Assembly (NCBI GenBank): GCA_002189035.1 | Contig: NEEC01000008.1 | Location: 3,348,001 to 3,412,000, forward strand | From: Utricularia gibba | Lineage: Eukaryota; Plantae; Magnoliophyta | DNA length: 64,000 nucleotides | Reading direction: 5' to 3' | In this document: one piece after another, positions 25,361 to 39,098 of the stretch | Layout: each line of letters starts with the position of its first letter | Numbering within the stretch: position 1 is the first letter of the stretch | Position numbers and translations under genes: made by a program | The notes under the pieces: model-generated | The model's database searches: none | Told to the model about the DNA's origin: nothing | What the model saw: the letters and a program-made list of their open reading frames with translations, nothing else

Positions 25361-26153
25361 CACTCGAAGGACGATGATCTCCACCCGCCTATGTCTTCTG
25401 CTGATATTTCCCTTGTTCTCTACTCACCACAACACACTAACGCCTATCACATTACGTCTAAGAATTGCTGTAAAACATGGAGAAGCACAAGAGGGAGAAC
25501 TAACCTGGCGGGTGAACTTGAGAGTTGCTGTAACTCCCCCACAGAAGTTGCCATCCTTGATCAGACTGTAAGTGGTGCTTCGAACACTTCCTTCATCGAA
25601 CACTCCTCGTAGCTGGATTCTAAAGGCATCATCTATTACTATTTAGCACTTCAGATCTTAAAGAATCAAGCTCAGAGACAAAGAGCTGAAATGGGAGAGA
25701 CTGTGGTGCAGCTCACATGGCTTCTCCGAGGAAATCATCGCAGGTTAGCATGTCCTTGTCGAGTATCTTGATCTTGAGCTCATCTGCTCCTCCGGAAACA
25801 TTGAACAGAAACGTCTCGTTCCACACCGGTGTGGCGCCTTGCCCTGATCGGAGCACAGCCGGAGCCACCCTTTAACATAGACATTCACACCAATTCCAAT
25901 AGCAAGAAAATCGCGATTCTTTGAATGGAAAAAAGAAGCGCATGCACCTGATGCGACTTTGCTTCTCTTTTCCTGATCATTACAGCTCAAAACCGCATAC
26001 GCATCGATCCCCGCTGTGGTGATTACGTAGAAAAATAAGTGGTGATTAATTTTGAAAATAGGGGAAGAGGAAAATAGAGATCGTACAGAAGAAATCGGAA
26101 TCTTCCAACCCGGCGGCGCCGGCGATAACAACTTCAAGCAATCCATCAGGCAT
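25361..26153 (-). CDS. Small single-C2-domain Ca2+/lipid-binding protein (elicitor-responsive protein 3 type), 5 exons; not captured in the ORF track
   Basis: Spliced translation: MPDGLLEVVIAGAAGLEDSDFF/SGIDAYAVLSCNDQEKRSKVAS/GQGATPVWNETFLFNVSGGADELKIKILDKDMLTCDDFLGEA/IIQLRGVFDEGSVRSTTYSLIKDGNFCGGVTATLKFTRQ/RTREISAEDIGGWRSSSFE*. All junctions are GT-AG and in frame. Confidence 0.9.
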
Positions 26154-27023
26154 CTCTGATTCGATCTCCAAACACATTGCGAAAGCAACGATTTGGTTAT
26201 TTTGATCTGGAGAAATGGCAGCGGTTGTCTTGGAGCCGATACCTTCGTCAGTTTTTCGGTAACTCCGTTATGAACTGATTTATATTAATGATTCAATTAT
26301 TTTATTATTAAATTTGATATTTTATTTGCAATGTACTCCTCCATTATGTATTTTCTTGATTATTTATTTTCTTTTTAAATAAGCATTCCAATATATCTAT
26401 TTGGTTTTTTTAATTGTCAATATTTTTCCAAGTAATTGAACAGTGCGAGGAGCTATTTCGACAATAACCAATAGAATGAGAAGTTTCTTTTTTTTTTTTG
26501 TTTTTATTCATGAGAAACACATGTAATTAATTAATTATTCAAAGCACGCTTTTTTATTAATAAAATATTCTAATAGCAATTCATGGGAATCACATACAAT
26601 AAGAAAACTAAAAAGATGGAAACTGAGAACGGCGATCCATTTCAACCGACAAACAATTCGAGGGAGCGATAGGTCTTCCGGACAATCTCTTTCAGTTTGA
26701 TATCGCCTTTGGGAATCAATATTTGATGTGCAGGTGCATCCACACCCGGTTTTCTTGCCCTGATGTGTAAAGTTGCATTCACAATTTCTATTGGTGTGAT
26801 TTCGTTCTAGTTTAAGATATTTTTCGTTCACGCTTCTTTAGGATATTTGGATGAGAATGATCAGATGCTCGCGGGCAAGAATGAATCTTCTTGATTGGAT
26901 TTGGATCTTTCAGCCAATTTAGCTTGTGATTTGACTGGGGTTTTTACCCAAACTCAGTTTTCACTGTTCTCGATGCGCGTGAATTTGATCCCCTTTTTTT
27001 CAGCTGATCCTGGAACGAAAAAA

Positions 27024-28657
27024 ATGGATGATCAGGAAGGCGGGATTTGCTTTGATTTCTTAAAAGACATTGAAATTGATGTGTGCATACATATTATGAG
27101 TTTCATTGATGATCCGGCCGATCTTGTTCGCGCGGGTGCAGTGTCACGATCATGGCGCCAATTTGGTGAGTTCTGAATCTGAAAATTACATTCTTGGAGA
27201 TAACTAGTGATTTAAATTTCGGAAATCCGTAGGTATTTTAAGAAAGCTTTTGGCTTGAACACTGCCAGATTGTTCCACTCTTTGTTTGCTTATTTCGATT
27301 TTACGTTGTTGATTTTATTTGTAATCCGAAGGCTCAAACTCTGTTCCCCCCATTTCAGTGGTTGAATACAACTTTTCCAAAAAGTTGTGTGTAAGATCAT
27401 TTCCTCAAATCTCCAGTATTTCACGCCTATACATAGGCAGAGGTGGCACAAGTTTTTCAGCGGAAAATTGCATGGGTTGGTTATTTCTTCTGAGGCAACA
27501 TGAGGTCTACGCATCTTTGCTTCATGCTCTAACTAAGTCGAAGGTTTCACCTAGAGACTGCATTGAAGGAGCAGTAAGTGCTTCTAGCACAGACAATTAT
27601 CCAGATGAGAGTGTTGTTAACACCTTGAATCCGACAGACCGAATTATCCACAGAGCTTCATATTGGTCAAGTAAAGGGAAAAGCGATCCAGAAGTACCAG
27701 AAACTTTGATCTATAAAATTCGAAATGGCATTTGGGTTATCACTGAAATTGATGTTCAACCATTCAAAGGTATGTGTATAATTTCCTCACCTAGTCTTTA
27801 CTCACTTTGCTATTATACTGCTAAGTTTATTTTATGTCGTTCTGCTGGTTTTCAACAATGTTACAGTATATTGCCTCTTCAGCATTTTTCCAGCCAGGAC
27901 ACCCCATATACTCTTCAAGATTTGTGAGATTTCGAATCGGATATCTGAAGCCTATGTTCGCCCAAATTGATCTCGAAACCCTGCCACTACCGAGGCCTGC
28001 TGATGACATGTTTGTATGGTCTTACAAGTCACCTGTGTATCCCATGGCAAAGGTCGTATCTCTGTGTTAACTTGATCCAATGTTTTGCACCCTCATTTTC
28101 ATGAAGAAACACAAACTTAAATATCTCAACCTGCCTTTAATGCATTTATTTTCAGTGTTTCACATTTTACATCATAATGTCTTATATGTTGGTGTTAATG
28201 AGCAGGAAAATCGGTTGCAGCCATTCGTGTTACCGGAGCCCATCCCTTGTATTGGTGGGTTTGTGCTGGTTGAGTTGTTAGGTCGAGTTCAAAGACAGGA
28301 AATGGATAATCTGTTTTATATTTGGTTAGTAAGATACCCTTCAACTTATTCTCATGTTGTGGAAGTTAATAGTCACATTACTGAATCTATTCATCATGTC
28401 CCAGTGTTTGCTATGTTCGGGTGATGGCACGACCCCTTAGTCCAGCTTTCAACATAGAAATGGAATCTGATGGAAAACTCTCGCTCAAGTACTACCCTGA
28501 GAAGCTTGGTTCTGTTATGGAGGACAGCCCCAATGTTGATACCCCGGCTTTCCACCAGGAGATGTTGTGGCAGCGATTCGGAATGCTTGAGAATCTGTTG
28601 CGCGGAATAGGAGGAGGCGGTAACCATTTAGCAGTTGATGATAATGGGAATGAATGA
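27024..28657 (+). CDS. F-box protein (At4g00755-like family)
   Basis: F-box reads DFLKDIEIDVCIHIMSFIDDPADLVRAGAVSRSWRQF. The family-typical ASSTDNYPDESVVNTLNP...ASYWSSKG, EIDVQPFK, QENRLQPFVLPEPIPCIGGFVLVELLGRVQRQEMDNLFYI and ARPLSPAF are present. Confidence 0.88.
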
Positions 28658-29535
28658 TCAAATTCATGGATGTGTTGCTGTGGCTGATATTTCTTTTCTT
28701 TTTTTTTTTTTCTGTATGTTCCATTGGAACACTGCTTCAAGTTTAATTGTAAAAATGTCGATTGTGTACAAAACAAAGGTGTTGCATAGCAGCAAGTGGA
28801 GAAGGAACAGTGAAAAGGGAAAAAACATGTAGCAGCGAGACGTTTAACTAGATTGGCAGTTACCATTTTCCCTTTCCCGGCAGTTAAGGTTTTCCCCTTT
28901 TATTGCTCATCCCCAACAGAGGACCTTTTCATTAAAACATCCAGCTACTGCAATAAGAATCTGCGCTGAACTGTATACATATACCTTGGTGTCGATCACT
29001 TGGGCTGATATTTATGTCCGTCTACTTTCGGCAGCAGGGGCCCGGTTTTGAGAGGAAACAAAAAAGCTAGGCGTGGGAGGGTAATGGAGGTCCATTGGAA
29101 GTGGTCCCTGGTGAAAACGTGAGTGTCCCGCAGCTGCAGTTGCAAGCCAAATGACAATGGAAAGCTTTCTGCCGTCATCTTACTAGTGGCTTCACAGAAA
29201 AGTGAAGGAAAAGCCCGAGTCTTTGATTCAGTGTTTCGCTATTTGGGGCAGTTTGATTTGTGGGTTTTTTCCCTGGTTGGTGTTTGTGTCATCGTTGGGT
29301 TTTATTACATGGTATTCATAATGTTGGGTAATCAAATTAGGGGTTCTGGAAAGCGTTTGCAGATTTTCCCTTTACGTGGAAATCATGTTTGAGTTTATGT
29401 GAAATGGGGTTTCTTTCCTGTATAGGTTAGGTAAGAAAGCAGCATCTTTAGCCTTGTGATTGCTATTGGTGTGTGCAGCTTCTGGTTTCCATCATATGAC
29501 TGTAGTGTGATCTCTCAAGAAGTAGAGGGTTGAAA

Positions 29536-30543
29536 ATGTTAGGAAGTGGAGTAAATCTGATAACCACTGTCGTAGGATTTGGCTTGAGTGCAACATTTAT
29601 TGTCTTCATTTGCACAAGATTGATATGGGGAAGGATTCGAAGAATGCGATCTCGCCAGAGATTCGACAATGTAACACGAATAAATCTTGAACAGGTATTT
29701 CTTCTCACTGTTTTCCGCTTGATGGTGTATATACCCATTCATTCTCTGAGCTTCAAGATTTGGTCTTTCTGCGGTTAGTTGGACTTTTAAGTGTGGACAT
29801 GATTCCCCATGATTTTCCTATCTCGTGTATTTCAGCAGGCTCCATATCGATATCTTTTCTTATTGATAACTGGTTGAGCCATTGTCCATTCTCCATGGTT
29901 TTAAGTTTGCCTCCTTTGGGTTAAAGTGTATCAGTTTCTGCAGTCTCAATTGGGCATTTTCCACTAGAATGTAGTGACTATTTTAGTTGAAGTTGAAGTT
30001 CCTGCAGATTGATTCTCTCTTGTTTTTGCTGGCAGCATCACCATTGGGTAAATTGCATTGAATCTGCAAAGGATTCTGGGGTTTCGACCATGCAGTTCAA
30101 CCGTGAGATCTTGAGCTCCACTAAAGATACAATGTGAGTATCCCATTTTTCCTTGGAGGCCACCAGAATTTGATCTGAAGACAATCCCTTCTGTTTCAAT
30201 GTGTAGATGCACCATATGCTTGGCTGAGTACCAAGATAAGGAAACCGTGAGAATAATGCCCAAATGCGGGCATGTTTTTCACCTCCTGTGCATCGAAACG
30301 TGGCTCAGGAAGCACTCCACATGCCCAATATGTCGCCATTCGGTACAGGACTCCGGCAGGACGAAGCACTATCCATCTCCAGCTCTGTTTTCCACTTCGT
30401 TGCCTTTCAATGGCTCCGAGATTTCCACCGAGCATCAGGGATGGCAGCTTCCGATGAATGCTCGCACAGTGCATGATGCGACCAACCAAACGCAAGGCGG
30501 TTCTGCGACTAGGACAGAAGTGGGATTGAGACAGTCCGTTTAG
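29536..30543 (+). CDS. RING-H2 E3 ligase of the ATL family (ATL7/ATL58-like), 3 exons
   Basis: N-terminal TM segment GVNLITTVVGFGLSATFIVFICTRL, and RING-H2 CTICLAEYQDKETVRIMPKCGHVFHLLCIETWLRKHSTCPICR. Confidence 0.9.
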
Positions 30544-31376
30544 AGGCTCCCCATCTCAGTGTATTCGCTTCACCTCCTCCTTGCTCTGTAGGAAGCCAGT
30601 AGCGTTAGTTGGTGTGTTTACATATACCTTTTCAGGTTCTCCTTGTGTTCTGTTAGTTATTCCGCTGTAAAAATGTTCCTTTGTTCTTTTCTGGATGCGT
30701 TTCATAGCCAGAGACCAGGTTTCACCCAAGAGTTAGTAACAATGGATACGAAAAATCACTCATCCAAAGCTGCAATCAAGCTCCCTGGGCTCTTCGTTAA
30801 AAGGTTCTCATTGCTTTTCTCCATGGGGTTGTGCAGCTTCACAAAATCGGAACTGGGCTGCAATCAATACACCGGGTTGAAACTTAATTCCACGATCACA
30901 GCCAAGATCATATCACCAGAACACGCAAACTTACAGCAGGAGGGGTCATCAGTCGGAAGATCTGCTTCAATCACGGAGGCATTTCGCGTTTTCCATTGAA
31001 TGCATGATTCACCTATAAAAGCGAAAACGCTTACTATCCTTGTTTTTTGCTTTTTTCCGCAAGGGTGAGAAAAAGAAAACTTTATTACAATAATAAAAGA
31101 CTATTACGAAAAGGAGTAAACTTTGGTATGCTCATTCCTCATTCATTCAAGTGCATGAGAAAATACCAAGACAAGGAAAATCCTTGTTGAAGGTTCTGCT
31201 ATGCTGTGCTACAGTCGTTTTGTTCCCGATTGTGGGAATTTTCAGAACCTTTGAATTGAGCGTTGGAGTATGTCTTGGTTTCGGATTCTCAGGTTTACGC
31301 CGAGTTTTTAACCCCTGGATGCTGAATTGCAGACGCTACGCGTTCTTTCTGAGGAAGGATTTGATCTTTTGGGGCC

Positions 31377-33390
31377 ATGGAAGCGTACAGGAAGTGGGTT
31401 AGGAGAAATAGAGACTATGTACATTCGCTGGAGTCTTTGGCTAACGTAAGTCTTCTATAAATGATTCCTCGCTGTTTGTCTTGGTTATGTGCTGAATCGC
31501 TATCTTTAAACTAGTGGCTCGAAATGGGAACAAGCACTATATTAAGTCCAGGGATGTTGTTCTTTTGTCTAAATTTCTACTACAATTCACCAAAATTGGA
31601 GCGTTTTGTGTTAATAGGAGATTCTGAACGAAACCCAATAACTTTTTTTATGAGAATTTGATACTTCATCTGTTCTGTATCTGGTTGCCGCTTAGTTGAA
31701 CATGATCCTATTTAGGAGGCAAAATGCTTGTTCGTGTGAATATTCTTTTGCTTGGAATTGACTGAGATCTGGATATTTATCCGCAGGGTTTAACATGGCT
31801 ACTTCCGGAGCGATTTTCCGACTCAGAAATTGGCCCGGAAGCAGGTATGGTAGCTACTCTATGGCCCCCATTACTGGTTCGATGTACTTGCATCTTGCTA
31901 ACCTGTGAATCCCAATCTTTGCAGTAACATCAATTTTGGGAATTATTACTAGTTTCAATCAACACATACTTAGCACTACTCCAACTGAACCAAGAACCAG
32001 TCAGGTGGAAACATCATCTGCGATCCCATACTCTTTGTGCATAACATTGCTCAAGGATTTGGAAACTCTTGTTGAAGTTGTGGCTCAGCAGTTATATGGT
32101 GAAGAAATGAAATGGAATCTTATTGCCGTAACCGAAGCTGCCAAGTATGGGTGTCCTTTGAGCTATTTACATTTAACATTCGAAGCCTTCTCATGGCTAA
32201 CTGAAATAGTGCTATTTATTTCTGAGGTTTTTGAATGGATCATGTGCAGGGTGCTGCTTAGGTTGGCGGCTCTACGTAGTAGTGGATATAAAATGCTTTT
32301 ACATGGTGGCGAGAATGTAAATGATGAGACTGATTTTGATGATTCAGATGCCAACAGAAATGGTTCTTATCTTCATGGGGTCTCAGATGCTCTAAGAAAT
32401 AATCCAGGGCAGACAACATGGAGCCTTGAGGGAAGAGCATTGTATGCCTTAAGAAAATTTGGTAAAAATGCAAGGAACAATTCAGATCCAACATGGTTGC
32501 GAACTGCTCAGCACCAGCAGCCGATGCCGGTTTCACCGTGTAGCTCCTTTTACACTCTCTTTTGGCTGCTGGTTTTCAATAGCATACTTAAAATTTCTTG
32601 CTAACATTGCTTCTCTTTTATCATGACAGTCAGTCCAAGTCCAAGCCTCTATTCTTTCTTGTCCGAGAAGGGCATTCGGGGTGGCTTGTTTCTTACAGGG
32701 GAGACTATGTTTATTTTGAGGCCACTTATATACGTCTTGTTGATAAGAAGATATGGAACCAGGTCATGGTTTCCTTGGGTTGCTTCTTTGTCTGTCGACC
32801 TCATTGGAAACAGAATAAGTTCGTATTTCGCCTTGTCGAGCCGAAGCAGCAGCAGCACCGATCTATCAAAAAAGGAGAATGCTGAGGTCTGGAAGTGATT
32901 CAACTTCAATTTCACTTCCGAGCTGACACCTTATTCATCTTGATGAACCATTCTATGCATTGCTTGTAATGCAGTTAAAAAGGCGGAAGCTTTTATGGGC
33001 ACTTTACCTCATGAGGGATCCATTCTTCACCAAATACACCAGGTAACTTGCTCCTCATTAGACAACTACTGTCCTTTATCTTCCCATTTCCCCATTCTCA
33101 ACAACGACCCTCCCCTGTATTTCAGGCAAAGACTGGAAGGTACTCAGAAACTACTACAACCTGTTCCTGTAATAGGGCTCCTCATCGGTAATGCTCAGAC
33201 ATGAATCAAGCATATTGCATTTAAGGGCGTGTTTAGTAGTGAACTTTTTCTTAGCCGATTCATCGGAATCTGCCTCTCAGTCTCCGAGCTTTGCTGCTGT
33301 TCCTTCATTCTTTCCCTTTGATGCACAGAGAAACTGGTGGAGCTTCTTGTCGGAGCGCAGACACGATACGCGTACATGTCCGGTTCCTGA
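31377..33390 (+). CDS. PEX16: Peroxin 16 (SHRUNKEN SEED 1)
   Basis: MEAYRKWVRRNRDYVHSLESLAN/GLTWLLPERFSDSEIGPEA, LLKDLETLVEVVAQ, GYKMLLHGGE, WSLEGRALYAL, GETMFILRPLIYVLLIRRYGTRSWFPW, LKRRKLLWALYLMRDPFF, and final exon EKLVELLVGAQTRYAYMSGS*. Confidence 0.94.
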
Positions 33391-33585
33391 TTCGAGTGCT
33401 GGCCAGCGTCTCCGGTTGGCGTTTGTGTGTATATACATGAAAGAAAGCTCTTTTTTTGTACTCAAGGAAGCAGGTGAAGGCTGGCTCAGAGGCCGCCACT
33501 CTGAACATTTTTTGCAGATTATTTCTTAACTCGTTGCTATAATAAAGGTAATCTTCAACATTGATATTTGTGGATTTTTGAATGA

Positions 33586-33667
33586 GGCCCAAGACTGTAT
33601 TGGGCCGATAAGTGCAGCCCAAAAAAATCTATGCCCACGTGGGCAACGACGCGGACCAGGGTGGGCC
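33586..33667 (+). promoter_or_regulatory. Compact promoter of mCSF1: four Site II motifs plus a G-box
   Basis: GGCCCA 33586-91, TGGGCC 33601-06, AGCCCA 33616-21, CACGTG 33636-41 and TGGGCC 33662-67, all within the 292-bp gap after the PEX16 stop. Confidence 0.55.
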
Positions 33668-33682
33668 GAAGATGCAAGAGAG

Positions 33683-35470
33683 ATGACCGCAGTGCTCCGC
33701 TGTCTCCGCCGGGAACGGCTTTCGGTGGCGTCTTGTTGTTGTTGTTCTTCTTCTTCCCCAACTCAGGGTCTTTCTACGGTTGCCTCCTCCACATCAAATC
33801 TGCGGTCTAAATACTCTCTGATCTCGCCTACCGCTTCTTCCAGGAATACCATTTTTCGGACTGAGTCTGAAACAAAAACTCGCAAGCAGGCCAAACCCCC
33901 TTACCGTCCACCGTCGTCCTTAGAAAGGTCAACGCCGCCTCTTAGGTCGGATCTTCCGTTCGATTTTCGGTTCAGTTACACAGAGAGCAGGGCCAAAGTC
34001 AGGCCGATTGGGCTGAGGGGTCCGAAGTACTCTCCTTTCGGGCCGGACCGATTAGACCGAGTGTGGACCGGCGTCTGTGCGCCTGCTGTTGACCCGAAAG
34101 CTTGGTCTGCTGGAGTAGATGATGAATTGGCGGAGAAGAGGAGGAGAATGTGGGAGGAAGTTCAGGGTGAGCCATTGGCTGAGACTGAGAGGAAGGCTCT
34201 CGTTGCAAGGTCTCAGAGACCCAAAACAAAGAGGCAAATCAATCTGGGTTCGTCTTTCTTTTCCTTGCATCTGGAATTCATGGCTTACCAGGCTTTAGTT
34301 ATTCATGTATTTACCAGAATGCCCCAATTTCATTATCGTTGTGCCTGATTCTTCTCAGGCAGGGATGGCCTGACACACAATATGTTGAATGATATTCATA
34401 ACCACTGGAAAAACTCTGAAGCCGTAAGGATAAAGTGCATGGGGGTTCCAACTGTTGATATGAAGAATGTTTGTGCTCAGTTGGAGGTAACATTCCCTCT
34501 GAATGCTCTTATTGTGTCTTAAGGTGATAATCTTCATGTCTAGCATAAAAACCATGTGCCCTCTTGAAGTGGGAGTTACATTTCTTGAATGATATCCATT
34601 TCATTCTGTTGTTATGGAAAAGGGGATTGAAGATACATGTACATCCAGGAAAAAGCATGTGGAAAAATAATACATAGACAAGGAGGTCTTCTTGTGCTAT
34701 ACCGCGGTCGATATTATGATCCACGGCAAAGGCCAATAATCCCTCTGATGTTATGGAAGCCTCAGGAACCTGTGTATCCAAAGCTCATAAAAACTACCAT
34801 TGAAGGCTTGAGCATTGATGAAACTAAAGCCCTTCGGAAGAGGGGGCTCTCCGTCCCTGCTTTAACTAGGCTTGGTATAAGCTCCACTCCATGCTCCTTG
34901 ACTCTCAACTGTTATTGTGATTTATAGAAATCTTCTTCCTCCTTGCAGCAAAAAATGGTTATTATGGTAGTCTTGTTCCCATGATCCGTGATGCTTTTCT
35001 ATGTGATGAGCTAGTCCGGATCGACTGCAGAGGCCTCCCAATAAGTGATTACAAGAAAATTGGATGCAAGTTGAGGGTAAGCTTCATTCTAGCTCAATCT
35101 TAGATTTTCCCTTTGCAAAATCACCACCACATACATTTCGAGCGTTTCACGTGGTGTGCGGTTGAACTTTGTCATTCCCAGTTCAAATACAAGATGCTTT
35201 TCCATTGCCTACTGAGTTTATTCCGTGAATTTGTGTTATGCCATTCAGGATCTAGTTCCATGTATCCTTGTTACCTTTGAGAAGGAGCAGATAGTGGTGT
35301 GGAGGGGGAAGAACTATGAACCCGTGGAAGGGGATCACTTCCTCTTCACCGTGGGTGGCAGATTTCATGAGTCAGATGCTGCTTCATCTCAAGATGCCGT
35401 CGAAGAGAATTTCTCCGGCCGCCCGGAATCTCATGAGTCCGATGAGAAGCAACTTGGCACTGTGCTATAG
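33683..35470 (+). CDS. mCSF1: CRM-domain group II intron splicing factor, CRS2-associated factor 1 mitochondrial type, 5 exons
   Basis: YRPPSSLE...[14 protein letters not shown]...[34 protein letters not shown]1 reads [37 protein letters not shown], then [21 protein letters not shown]2 reads LVRIDCRGL...[20 protein letters not shown]. Confidence 0.92.
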
Positions 35471-35935
35471 AGCAGGTCAGAAGATCCCAGATGAGAAAAT
35501 CATTTTAAGAATTAAAATGATTTATTTAATATGAGTGGATTAAAAAAATAGTAATTTAATTATTTTAAATATTGCAAATTAATGCGCTATAATTACAATT
35601 AAATGGTTTTGGACAATGAAATATTATTTTAAGTGGTTTATGATTTTTAATTATTTAAAATAATGAAAATACAATTAATTAATTATTTGATATCGACATT
35701 TCGGAATTATTGAATAAATTAAATATTTCACTCTCATTATCATTATATTAATGATGTTCTTATTTTCTAAATGTGATTAAAATAATTTAATATTTTGAAG
35801 ATATTACAACGCGGCCACGCAAAAGGGGGTTACACTGTTTTGCTTTGCGACAACTTCTTTTTCCCTCGCACCCCACGCGACCTTCTGTCAACGTTTTCCG
35901 CCATTTCCGATCCAAGCTTTTTCCCTTTCTTGGCG

Positions 35936-38900
35936 ATGGGGGCGGCGGACGCTCATTTCCTTTCTACTCCATTGCTGAACTCTGACGTCATAATCGCTGT
36001 GAAGGAAGACCCCAACAGTTTGGTTGAAGCGGTTTCCACAATCGACGACGACTTCGAGCAGCAGTTCCCCTCCCGCGCTGATGGAATTGACAATCCTTAC
36101 GCTTTTATCGGAGTTCGCGAAGGGTTTGAGTTGCCTCCGTCGAGCACCCTGGATCCGTTCAGGAACCGTACGCCGGAAATCGAGGGGTTTTACGAGTGGG
36201 TGAAGATTTTGGTCTGTTTGCCGATTGCAGCCGTGAGACTAGTGCTGTTTGGGCTGTTTTTGGCGGTGGGTTACCTGGCGACGCGGCTGGCTTTGTTGGG
36301 GTGGAATGACAAGCAGAATCCGATGCCCAAATGGCGGACTCGTGTCATGTGGATCACCCGGTTTTGTGGCCGGGGGATCCTTTTCTCGTTCGGGTAAGTC
36401 TTCTTCTTCTCCTTCAATTTGTAATAATCTTGAATTGCCGTCCTTTCGTTTTCCGTATGTTTACCTTTCTTTACTGCCAGTCATTTGATTTGTGCTTGCA
36501 CCGAAACGTAATGATATTCTTTAAGTTGTGAATCGATGTTTTTGGGACAGCGCAATGTGAAAATGCAGAGATCCTGCCATGTTGATTGTCAAGTTGTTTT
36601 CAAATTAAATTGTTTATTTGACTCTGCAGCTACCAGTGGATAAAGAAGAAAGGAAAACCTGCTCCAAGGGAAATTGCTCCTATAGTTGTCTCTAATCATG
36701 TATCGTATGTTGAACCCATTTTCTTTTTCTACGACTTATGTCCCACCATAGTCTCTTCAGACTCCCATGATTCCATGCCTTTTGTTGGAACCATCATCAG
36801 AGCAATGCAGGTAGAATGCAGGGGTCAGGGGTGTGTCATTCTTCATATGTACCCTTGATGCAAAAAAATGATGGTGCTCCTTTCTGCAGGTCATTTACGT
36901 TGATAGATTCTCAAAGGCATCGAGAAAGAATGCCGTAAATGAAATAAAGGTAAAGTAGGATATATATCTGCTAGAATACTAATCGAGGAAGTGAAAAAAA
37001 ATGAGGCTAGAAATCTAAAACTTGAATCTTCTAGACACATGTTAGACATCTGATACAGAACTCTGCCTTCAAGGATCTGAAAAACAGAGAAAAGCTTCAT
37101 GCGATCAGTTTCCCCATTTGCTTTTATTTCCGGAGGGGACGACAACCAATGGAAGAGCTATTATTTCCTTCCAACTTGGTGCATTCATTCCTGGTTATCC
37201 CATTCAGCCTGTCGTTGTTCGTTATCCCTATGTCCACTTTGATCAATCATGGTATTACAGTCTTGATGCCATATACACTTTCCCTGATTTTAGTTATCAG
37301 GGGCTTCATGCTGATAAAATCTTGTGCTTCTTGCAGGGGGGATATCTCCCTTGGAAAGTTGATGTTCAGAATGTTTACACAGTTCCACAACTTCATGGAG
37401 GTAGTGTCAATGTTCTTGGTTCATTTCATTTCCTCCTGCGTCTCATGATTTCAAGAAACTTTCTCCATATACTGTAACCACATCCTTATGCCCCAATTTT
37501 CTTCTGCTGATAATTTGAAGCATAACAGTCAATTACCACACTATCTTCAGGTTGAGTATCTCCCAGTCATCCTTCCTCATGTTAACAGGAAAGAGAACGC
37601 CAACCAATTCTCTGAAAGGGTGAGGCTTTGTTGGATATCCCATAGACAAAACTATTGCCATAGCTTTTTTTTTTCTTCTTACTTGATGCCGCTCTCCCAT
37701 CTCAGACTGGTCGTATCATTGCAAGCGTTCTCAACGTTGTCCAGACATCACATTCATATGGAGACTACATGCTTCTGGAGAGGGCGGTTGAGTTGAAACA
37801 GGTTTGAGTAGAGCCAACTTCGTTTAATTTTCTTCCATCTTTCTATTTATTGTTTTTGGCGCCTATGAAAATTTGCACTAGCAGTGAGCTGAAGGTCTAT
37901 TTTTGCGTTCCAACAACATTTTTTTTTTTATTTTCAGGAAAATCCATCTCTCTACCTTGTCGAAACGGCCAGCATTCAATCTGTAAGTCACGCCCCCTTT
38001 TGCAGAAGCATTGTCCAGAACAACATATTTTCTATCTCAAGTTTCATCCCTTCACCGCAAACCTTCAGAAATGCCTTTTTATTTTTGCAGTCTCTGAATC
38101 TAAGTGCTTCAGAAGCTGTTGATTTCTTGGATATTTTTCTTTCTATGGATCCTGATTCAAGGTACACTTAGCAGAGAACTAGTGTTTTCGAGTGCATCAA
38201 CCCAGCATATCAATGGATCTGACTCGGTCTGATTTTTAAAACCCGTTGTTCCACCTGCCGATGATATACATCTGATTTTTCATATCATAGCTGCATCACT
38301 TGTTGATTAGATGAACCCAGTGATTTTTCTGGGTCAATCAAAAACCTAAACCAGTAACACTACATCATGATTTTTGCAGCGGACATGCCACATTCCATGG
38401 TTTTCTCAAGGCTTTAAGACTGAAGCCCTGCGGCCCTTCTGAAAAGGTTAGTGCCAAAACACCTCATGTTCAGCCTCCCATTGCATGAAAATTTCCCTTC
38501 ATATCCATCTTTTTCAACAGATTTTCAATTTCCTCGATACACAGAAGACCGGAAAAATAACATTTAAGCAGGTCTCTTACAGAGTTATTGAGGCTTTTTT
38601 TTTTCTTTGGCAGATAGAAATTTTCCCTCCCTTACACTGTCTTCATTTCAGTTCTTGATCGGATCAGCGCGGGTCTTGAAGCAACCCGGATTCCAACAAG
38701 CCTCGGAGCTTGCGTACAGCCTATGCGATATCCAGCAGAAAGGCCATGTTCTTAGCCAAGAGGTTATCTCTGGTTCACCTCATTTCATACCCCACAATCC
38801 ATTCCTATTTCATCTGAAGCTCCCCCTCCCCTGTCAACAGATACTCGATGCAGTCCCGAACTTCACCGAGGTGAGTCACTGGCCGGCCAGCCCCTGATCT

Positions 38901-39098
38901 CATTGCTCATTTCTCCCTCCCATGTTGTCTCATGGCCCCCCTCCTGTGCAGGTTCATCATCTGTTTGCGTTGTCCAACGCGGAGGGAGCCGACCGAATCA
39001 GCAAGACTAACTTCATCTCGTGCCTCAGAAGGTACCCCTTGCTTATAGCTCTCTTTGCACCTAAGCCGGCCATCATCGTCGCCCCTAATGGACACTAG
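35936..39098 (+). CDS. LPEAT2: Lysophospholipid acyltransferase LPEAT2 (PlsC domain plus C-terminal EF-hands)
   Basis: DNPYAFIG...TLDPFRNRTPEIEGFYEWVKILVCLP, acyltransferase blocks SNHVSYVEP and FPEGTTTNG, VHFDQSWGDISL, EF-hand-like C-terminal exons, and ISKTNFISCLRRYPLLIALF. Confidence 0.92.

Noticed and set aside
25374-25612. Plus-strand ORFs 25374-25571 and 25391-25612
   Set aside because: They are explained by the last exons of the minus-strand C2-domain gene (25361-26153).
32525-32635. Possible fifth homopolymer frameshift at a PEX16 splice donor (ATG CCG G|TT)
   Set aside because: Alternative donor/acceptor pairs nearby also keep the frame, so no lesion can be claimed without transcripts.
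32995-33204. PEX16 ending at ...IGNAQT* (33204) as suggested by ORF context
   Set aside because: A GT donor within IG|GT and a downstream exon EKLVELLVGAQTRYAYMSGS* (stop 33388-33390) match the conserved PEX16 C-terminus.
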